This document shows positions 54,562 to 64,000 of a stretch of 64,000 bases of DNA, in pieces (position 1 is the stretch's first letter; each line of letters starts with the position of its first letter). The stretch is from Eledone cirrhosa (Eukaryota). The position numbers and the translations under genes are program-made. The notes below the pieces were generated by a model. The model was not told the origin of the DNA, did no database searches, and saw nothing but the letters and a program-made list of their open reading frames with translations. Where the stretch lies: NCBI GenBank assembly GCA_964016885.1, contig OZ024740.1, forward strand, positions 163,618,001 through 163,682,000. The letters are read 5' to 3'.

Positions 54562-55405
<844 letters not shown>

Positions 55406-55437
55406 ACGCGCGCGCGCGTGCGTGCCTGCGTGTGTGC

Positions 55438-55518
<81 letters not shown>

Positions 55519-55969
55519 TGGGTGTGTATGTATTTGTGTGTGCATATGTATGTGTATGTCCGTCGGGACATACGTATGTACTGGCCTAAATCTTCACTAT
55601 TTACTTTTACTATTTTAATAACCTCTGTCATTTTCGTTTTCAATTTTATTTACATCATTCTTAAACTCCGGGGCTGGAAATCATTCTGTTATTTTAAATA
55701 GAATATTAGTCTAACGACTCCATTTATAACATAAACTTGGTCTTGTCTTTGCATGAAATTGTTCTTCACGGTCCACATAACGACGTATTATCCTCGCTTT
55801 TTTACCGTTCATTACCAGGGAACGTCTTCACGAACCAAAATATTGTTTTCCTGTTTTCCTTCGGTTGCAACGTTTCTCGAAATATTTACTTCTGCGTTCA
55901 CAGATTAAATTTTTTAATTTCAGAAGATCCCGTTAATGTTGAAAGCAGCGATTCTTTATTTAAACTTTA

Positions 55970-56878
55970 ACAGAACCCTCTGTGTTCAGAGAACATGAGG
56001 CCGCCTGTGAGACGTGGGACCGGCTGGGACTTAGCCCAGTAGACGTCCCTCCTCCTTCTCCCCCTGTTGACGTCAAGTCCTCCCAGCGCACTTGGGATGC
56101 TATCCAGTGCAGCCTGGCCTTAGACAGGCTCACGCGCCAGCTCGACCAGTACCGCCTTGCTTGTTTTCGTGCGGCCTCCAAACCGCACAGTCGTGCCTGG
56201 CTCCGTGCCCTGCCCTCCTTCTCCACTGACACGCAGCTAGACAACCATAGCCTGCGAATCGATGTTTCCTTGAGGCTCGGCCTCCGGACCTGCCAGCCAC
56301 ACCAATGTCGCTGGGGTTCCACCGTGGTCTCTTTCGGCCTCCACCCGCTTTCCTGTCGCCACAGTGCCGGCCGCATTCCACGCCATGCTGCCCTCAACGA
56401 GGTCATTAAGCATGGCTTGTACGCTGCAGGCTTCTCTTCCCAGCTCGAGCCGGTGGGGCTGGATCGGGGGGACGGCAAAAGGCCAGATGGCATAACCATC
56501 TTCCCGTTCCGCGGTAGAAAACCCCTCGTCTGGGATGCCACTTGCACCGACACTTTCTGCAGACGCAACCTGGTGCAGTCTGCGACTGACCCAGGTTCTG
56601 CTGCACGTCGGGCTGAGGGGGGCAAACTCCTCAAATACCGGTCGCTCTCCGACAGGTTTGCGGTCGTACCCCTGGCAGTGGAGACTTCTGGTGTCCTCGG
56701 CCCCAGGGCTACCTCCTTACTCACCACCATAGGCGCTGAGCTGTCCAGCCGCAGGTGTGAGCCCCGCGAGTTGGAGTGGCTCTTCCAGCGCGTCTCCCTT
56801 GCCGTCCTCCGCGGAAACGCCTTCTCCATTTTGTCCGCCGGGGCTGTGGGTGGGCCCCATCGCGTACCAATACATTAG
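55970..56878 (+). mobile_element. CRE-like non-LTR retrotransposon 3' fragment (restriction-like endonuclease)
   Basis: HPLSC..RHAALN..KRPDG..LVWDATC..KLLKY..LAVETSG..LFQRVSLAVLRGNA; GC-rich open 298-aa frame. Confidence 0.9.
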
Positions 56879-57128
56879 TTAAATACTATTCTTTCATCTT
56901 CTAGTTAATATGTGTCGGCTGTAGACTTAAGACCAAGTTTATGGTGTAAATGAAGTCGTTAGACTAATATTCTATTTAAAATAACCGAATGATTTCCAGC
57001 CCCGGAGTTTAAGAATAAGATATCTGATGTAATCTAAAGGGTTTCTTTGTCATATAATTACTATTAAAAGTATAATAACTGAGGTAAATGTTGCACAAAT
57101 TTAATGCTTCATAATTATCTGTTCTTAT

Positions 57129-57239
<111 letters not shown>

Positions 57240-57501
57240 AGATGCTTTGTACGGCTTTTGGAGGAAGGAGTGACCAGCAGTACGTTGTTCGGTATTATTA
57301 CGAAAAGGTGTAGCAGAGAATCCCGCGTGAACTAACAGCTCGGGGGGAAACTGCTTACCTCGAACATTCATTTGCAATCGTTCTTGTCAACGCTCCGTTT
57401 ACTTGGTATTTGTTGGTCTACAGGCGCACAAAGGGTTAATCTTTATTGGCAAGAAGTTTTTTGAATAATAAAAGACAGGTTAAAGCGACCTACAATGTAT
57501 C

Positions 57502-57567
<66 letters not shown>

Positions 57568-57611
57568 GATACATTGTAGGTCGCTTTAACCTGTCTTTTA
57601 TTATTAAAAAA

Positions 57612-57647
<36 letters not shown>

Positions 57648-57787
57648 ATGCATATATATATATGTGTGTGTCTATGTATGTATATATATATATATATATG
57701 TAGAGGTTATATTTAATTTGTTGGGATACAACAAGCAAAATATTTTTATAACTGATATAAAGCACTCAATAAATTATTGGAGTAAAT

Positions 57788-58130
57788 ATACAATATATTA
57801 ACAAATGGAAACTATATTTATAAAACCATATTTATTTCATTATACATTTTCAAGGGCCACCAAGGCAAACTATTGTGCGCTTTCATCAGATAAAATATAA
57901 TATAGGTTAGTTTTATAAATAAATATTGACATACCCTGAAAAAATGCAACCATTCTGGTTGGAATCTCCTGGGATTTTCAGGGTATGTCAATATTTATTT
58001 ATAAAACTAACCTATATTATATTTTATCTGATGAAAGCGCACCATAGTTTGCTTTGGTGGCCCTTGAAATATGTATAATGAAATAAATATGGTTTTATAA
58101 ATATAGTTTCCATTTGTTAATATATTGTAT
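57788..58130. mobile_element. Inverted PLE pLTR pair (57788-57942 / 57975-58130)
   Basis: Near-perfect inverted repeat, one HHR per arm. Confidence 0.8.
58021..58084 (+). ncRNA. Type I hammerhead ribozyme (mirror copy 57834-57896, minus)
   Basis: ATTTTAT-CTGATGA-AAG..CACCA..TGGTG..CTT-GAAAT-ATGT-ATA-ATGAAAT. Confidence 0.75.
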
Positions 58131-58317
58131 ATATATATATATATATAAATATATGTGTGGGTGTGTATATATACATATATTTTTATGTGTATATGTGTAT
58201 ATCTATATATGTGTATATGTGTTTGTATATGTATATATATATATATATGTATGTATATGTGTATATATGTGTATATGTATATATGTGTATATATATGTGT
58301 ATATATAAGTAGAGATA

Positions 58318-58727
58318 TCCGGGAGAGATGACCCCTTAGCCTTTGTCAAGGCAGAATTCTAGGAGGAAAACTCTGATATAACACCTGCAACTCTGATGGT
58401 ATCCAATGATGTTGACTTGTTCTTCTTTTTGGTAAATATCATCTTGGTTAAGAGAGTGGGACTGGCTTTGTGCAGTGCCTTTGCTCACTATGAAAGCTTC
58501 ACGGCACAGGCATTGCTTTATATCTGGAGATCTCTCTGCACTTGTCCTCACATGGTACCATGGGCCCAGCACTATGAGTCAATAATTGTCACAGGTGTAG
58601 TGTTTGTACCAGAGTTTTCAGGTCGCTGGCTGGACTAAAATGTCACACTCGTTCAGCGCATCGGTAGGGGTTCTCCTACATGGATATAAAGTAGTGGCCG
58701 TACTCGAAAACGAGTTGGCAGCCACCA
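58318..58727 (+). mobile_element. 5'-truncated copy of the 609-bp bipartite RTE element
   Basis: Reverse complement of about 37713-38122; ends GGCAGCCACCA in microsatellite. Confidence 0.88.
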
Positions 58728-60139
58728 TATAAGTATATATGTATATATATATGTGCGTGTACGTGTGCGCGCGCGCGTGCGTGCGTACATGCGTGCGTGC
58801 GTGCGTGCGTGCGTGTGTGCGCGTGTGCGTGTGTGTGCGTGTCTGTGTGTGAGTGTAGCGAAGATAAACGTCAGCAATGACGTTATGCAGACAGCCAGGC
58901 ATACAGACAGATATTATAAGAGCGCGACGGAGATGGATAACCGGCGCCTAACACCCTTTAACAACAGAAAATAAAAAAAATGAAAAAGCGGCAGTTAATA
59001 TCTTTAGACCTCAAGGAATATATAAATGCAAGTTTGAACTCAATCGGAGTAGAAATCTGGATTTATATAGACTTTGCAAAAATGAGGACACACAGACAAC
59101 ATCAGTTTTATATATATAGATGTTTGAGTCTGTGTTGTGTGTATATGTGGATGAACGTTATTATATGAATGTATTATGTCGTCAAGTATGAAATTTGTAG
59201 AAATGTGTTTGTTTTTTCTATAAATGTCTACAAATTTCATACTTGACGACCCAATAGGTTGTGGTATGTATGTGTGCGTGTGTATCATTGTTGTTATGTG
59301 TGTGTGTTTACTTTTTTGAGTGTATTTGTATATAATGGTGTAGTGTAAGTGTGTGTGTCTATGTGGATTGTTTGCCTTTTATATGAAAATAGTTTTGTGC
59401 ACATGAGTGTGTTTATGTGTGTGCGATTGTACGTTGGTATATGATGCTGTGGTGTGAAAAAGAGAAATGGGATAGCGCTCATGACCTTTTGCACGTGTGT
59501 ACGCGTGTATATCCGTGTGTGTAATTACGTGTATAAATGTATGTGTATAGTTGTGTCATGTGATTATGTGGATGTAAGTGTATATATGTTTGTGTTCAGA
59601 TATGTACGTCATACTTGCGGAGGAAGTTTTTCTGTGTAGGTTGTCCAATTATTTATATATGTATACAAGTGTCAGCATATGTGAGACAGAGAAAGATTCT
59701 AAGTGTGTGTATGTGAAGGTGTTTATAAAGGAGGTGTATTTTTACGTTCACGTATTTATAGATACATATATTACATATATTCCTTCACACTCACACACAC
59801 ACACACACACATATATATATGTTTATTTATATATAACATAAAAACATAATGTATATATGTTTGTGAGAGAAAGAATGCCGAGTATCATTGATGCTACCAT
59901 GGAATATCCGGTTCGTTGGCCCACATGGCACTCTTTTTCCCTCCTGTCATTTATGCAGCTACCTTACCAAACATGGAGCAGTCGAAAGCACCCAACGATA
60001 ATTTTGTTTTGATACTTGTTGAGGATTTTTCAATCTCATTTTAATCTTTCTATCGCACACCTCTATCATATTCACGATGAAGCGTTCTCTTTGCAGTTTG
60101 AAAATAAATTGTCCAATGCCAGCTAGGTAAGACAGTGTT

Positions 60140-60346
60140 GATCTAGTTGCAAATCTATAGAAACCTATAGAAACCCAAACGGGGAGTAAGATGAAAAAAA
60201 GTGCCCAAAAATGAGGGGAAATGAGGCAAAATGGGGAGTCTTTTCATTATGAAAGCTATACCCATTTTCACAAAAACGGGGAGACGGGGAGAAATAAGCC
60301 AAAACGGAGAGATCTTCCCGTCGGACGGGGAGAATTGATAGGTCTG
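60140..60346 (+). mobile_element. MITE related (inverted) to 62007-62326
   Basis: Shared AAGCTATACCCATTTTCACAA and ACGGGGAG motifs. Confidence 0.65.
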
Positions 60347-61074
60347 CTGCCACTCTCGTGTTCTCACACGGTTCCTTAAGTTTTTCATATTTCAAGCACT
60401 TCCATTCATGTACTGATACTATATTGTCTTCCCATGGCTCCATCAATTTAATAATCGGAACTTGCTTTCTTTGTCAAGCCAGATTATGCTATATGGTCGA
60501 GCCGTTTCTTTGTGATTGTAATGTGGCTTGGGAGTATGCACACTCACATCAATTCTACCAACACTTTTCAGCAATTTGCATCATTCAGAAGTCTGAATCT
60601 TGGCTATCCTTCGTTCACTCTCTTGCATTTCGTTTTGTCGTTTTCCGAATAGAAAATAACAAAGTGCAGCTTGGTGTTAGTTCTCATTGTGTTAATGAAA
60701 CAGCATCGTTCAGAGGGGATTTGCATACTGCCACATCGACGTGTAGCCGCCATACCGATGATGATTAGTTTTATCTGGCGTTTACGTTCTGCAAAATGAC
60801 ATTAAAACCTATACATTATTAAGAAAGTTAGGAAGTAACGAAATCTAGGAAGGGGCTAAACAGTAATTATGCCTGCTATTTTACGAAGACACCTCACCAA
60901 TGTAACTTGACGTGGCTGTGATGTCATAAATGACTATTCTTTCCTCTTTAGATCTCAATTGCTCCTCTTGTTGACTTGTAGGAAGTTGATGAATAATGAA
61001 TAACTTACAATAAAGCAATAAGCAAAGGTTCCTATTGAAATATGACAAGTAACCGAATTCAACTAACATATTAT

Positions 61075-61520
61075 TCTCTCCCCACAGCCCCGGCGGACAG
61101 AATAGAGAAGGCGCGTGAGCCTGTCTGAAGCCAGGTTGCACTGGATGGCATCGCAAGTGCTTTGGGGGGACTTGACGTCAGCAGGAGGAGAAGGGGGAGG
61201 GATTCTACTGGGCTAAATCCCAGCTGGTCCCACGTCTCATAAGCGGCCTCACGTTCTCTGAACACAGAGGACTCTATTGTGTTTAGGAGAACCCTGCTGA
61301 CAAGGACGCGGCATGAGGTTACCGACGAAAGAAACCCCAGCAAAACCAGTGAAATCGGGGACAGGAGGCCAAGGCCGCCATAACTGACAGGTAAAGTGGC
61401 CTGTAGCTAGCCATCCTATATCGTCAAACCTGGCGTTGCATATCTTCTCGGCTGCTGCTCGGATACAAGTATCGAGGTCAGTGAGGAGGGATGCGTGAGT
61501 GTAGCACGGAGCACTGCGAG
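61075..61520 (-). pseudogene. CRE-like retrotransposon fragment, internally deleted
   Basis: SVFREREAAYETWDQLG matches 55982 onward; AFSILSAGAVG terminus. Confidence 0.85.
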
Positions 61521-62006
61521 GAAGTTGATTAAATTTATGTAAGCTCTTCATGTGGCTTCCTGGAAACATCCGTGGTTGGCGCCTGTGTTGTTAAGTGCAT
61601 TGTCACGGTTATAAACATAGTAAATAGTATTTCGATCAGTCAATTCTGTCTTTATTAACTATTGTATACATGAACAGTATACACGTTTACCTTATAAGTC
61701 GACATTTATTTAAGGACTTATGTGTTATTTTATATACGTCATTATGTATACAAATCATGATGCGATTCTGAAGCTCTAGAAATGCGTTTTGCAGTTGATT
61801 TTAGTTAAACCTTTAATCAACGTTTTTATCTTAGCCTGCAAGCCATCTAAAGATTTAGATAAACACATAGTAGATTTCACATGTCCCCATAAAATAAAGT
61901 TGAAGTTATTTTTTAATAATAAACAAATATATATAGTTTTTATTGAAGACGATAAAATAAATGCATCAGGCCGTTATATATTAATTCTGTCGTATATAGA
62001 ACTAAC

Positions 62007-62326
62007 CAGCCTTGTCAACTCTCCCTGTCCGTCGGGGAGATCTTCCACCTACCCAGGGCCGTCTTAACACATGGGCACGCTGGGCAGTTGCCCGGGAGCC
62101 CCACGAGGATAGGGGGCCCATTTGTATTTTTATTCCTGTGAGTGGTTGTGTAGGTAGGGGCCCCAGTGCTCTGCTTTGCCCGGGGGCCTATAATGCTGTT
62201 AAGACGGCCCTGCACCCACCTCTTGTGAAAATGGGTATAGCTTTTTTCGTTATGTAAAATCTCCCCGTTTGGGGGCACTTTTCTCATGGTACTCTCCGTT
62301 TGGATTTTTAGAGGTTGGCAAGTCTG
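62007..62326. mobile_element. hAT-type MITE containing a nested hAT MITE (62054-62212)
   Basis: Outer TIR CAGCCTTGTCAAC/GTTGGCAAGTCTG; inner TIR CAGGGCCGTCTTAAC with 8-bp TSD CACCTACC/CACCCACC. Confidence 0.85.
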
Positions 62327-62811
62327 AACAACTTAGAATTACAGATTCAAATCGGAAAACAAAATATGGCCTTCACAATCTTCAAAACTGGTATTCATTG
62401 GCTGTTGAAGAACTACATTTACAATTATAGATCTTACGTACATAATTTATTTTTAACATATCTGTATGTCTCCACAAGATAATTGATCAACTGCTTAGTT
62501 TGGCAGAACAAACACAACTCAATATACAAATATTATATGTTATATTTTGATTTCAACTGTGCTATTTTTGTCAGTAGATTTAAGTTCTTAACTTGGGAGA
62601 GCGCGCAGAAAGAGGAGGAAAGAAAATGAGAGAATTTTTGTGTAGTTCTTTATGTGGTTGCCTTCAAATTGATGCTTATAATATCCAATATCAATTTTAT
62701 ATTTATCAATTGATACATCCGTAATTTGCTTAATGCAGTTATATATCATCTTAAGCATTAACTAATTGTTATTCGTTGCGGCTCTCTACGCTCTGATATC
62801 AAATCTCACCG

Positions 62812-62855
<44 letters not shown>

Positions 62856-62972
62856 GTTTCTGAATTTGTTTAGCAAGATTCTTTATCTGAAAACGTGTGT
62901 TGAAACCGATATTGTTATACTTTGGGAGGGTCATGTTGCCAATAAGAAACACACGCACCAGATACTTTCACT

Positions 62973-64000
62973 TCAATTTATTATAATAAATCTATAAATT
63001 TAGGAATTTATAAATTTCTGGTTGGTTGGTTGGTTCCACAACCAGATGATTGTTTATATAGTGTCAAAGTTCTTTCGTCACACATTCTGTGACCTCTTCA
63101 GTGACTGGGATTCTTTTCTTTGTTTTTGTGCCTCTCCTTTGTTCTGTCCTACGCCATCTTGTTTTTGTGTGTGTTGTGTGCTTATTTTGCGCATGTGTTA
63201 TATCCGGGTGTCTGTGTGTGTTTATATTTGTTTATTTATTTGTTTATTTACATGTTACTGGTTGGTTGTTTGTTCTATGTGCGTGTGTGTTTTCATTTTG
63301 TCCTTAATTGTAAGTTGTGATGTTGCTGTTCCATTCTTGTTTTCTATTTAATTTTGGTTGGAGTTGGAGTTGGAGTTCATTTATGTTTATTGCCTCTGTG
63401 AATATACTGTACATAAGTGAGACAGCTCGTAGTATAGGGGAACGGATAAATGAACACTGGCGAGACCTTCAAGATAGTAAAGAATCATCTGTACTCTACC
63501 AACATTCTAAAATAGAACATAAGGGTAAATTAGAGAACATAGAAATAAAAATAGAATCTACACACAGAAAAGACGCAATGTTTAGACAAATCACAGAGGC
63601 AATAAACATAAATGAACTCCAACCAAAATTAAATGGAAAACATGAATGGAACAGCAACATTACAACTTACAATTAAGGACAAAATGAAAACACACACGCA
63701 CATAGAACAAACAACCAACCAGTAACATGTAAATAAACAAATATAAACACACACAGACACCCGGATGTAACACATGCGCAAAATAAGCACACAGCACACA
63801 CAAAAACAAGATGGCGTAGGACAGAACAAAGGAGAGGCACAAAAATAAAGAAAAGAATCCCCAGTCACTGAAGAGGTCACAGAATGTGTGACGAAAGAAC
63901 TTTGACAATATATAAACAATCATCTGGTTGTGGAACAAACCAACCAACCAACCAGAAATTTATAAATTCCTAAATTTATAAATTTATTATAATAAATTGA
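62973..64000 (+). mobile_element. 5'-truncated PLE: inverted pLTR (62973-63401), GIY-YIG C-terminus (63405-63676), pLTR
   Basis: YISETARSIGERINEH..RQITEAININELQPKLNGKHEWN; arms 62973-63401 and 63591-64000 are inverted copies. Confidence 0.92.
63864..63906 (+). ncRNA. Hammerhead ribozyme (mirror copy 63063-63105, minus)
   Basis: GTCA-CTGAAGA-G-GTCACA-GAATG-TGTGAC-GAAAG-AA-CTT-TGAC. Confidence 0.75.

Noticed and set aside
55905-55960. Hammerhead at CAGAAGA..GAAAGC (also near 6800-6835)
   Set aside because: Core deviates in both copies and stems I and III are not evident

Overview
AT-rich, microsatellite-dense eukaryotic intergenic or intronic DNA. The repeat families suggest a cephalopod (octopus-like), which is an inference. 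I found no confident host gene; the window is almost entirely transposable-element derived. Main contents: (1) a ~18 kb head-to-tail array of four ~4.4 kb units (10150-28128), each made of an internally deleted Helitron RepHel, a piggyBac-like end and a C/A-rich minisatellite; (2) decayed hAT (Buster-type), RTE, Tx1/L1, CRE-like and Gypsy elements; (3) many Penelope-like element (PLE) remnants with GIY-YIG fragments, fold-back pLTRs and about 20 complete or partial hammerhead ribozyme (HHR) motifs, including a family whose stem II is a 102-116 nt hairpin with a compensatory change between copies; (4) a tRNA-SINE family with 17-19 bp TSDs at ATTAT-like sites and 5' snap-back duplications; (5) four tandem 609-bp bipartite RTE derivatives whose probable parent 5' end is also in the window. 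Coordinates and pairings were read by eye, so element boundaries are approximate.
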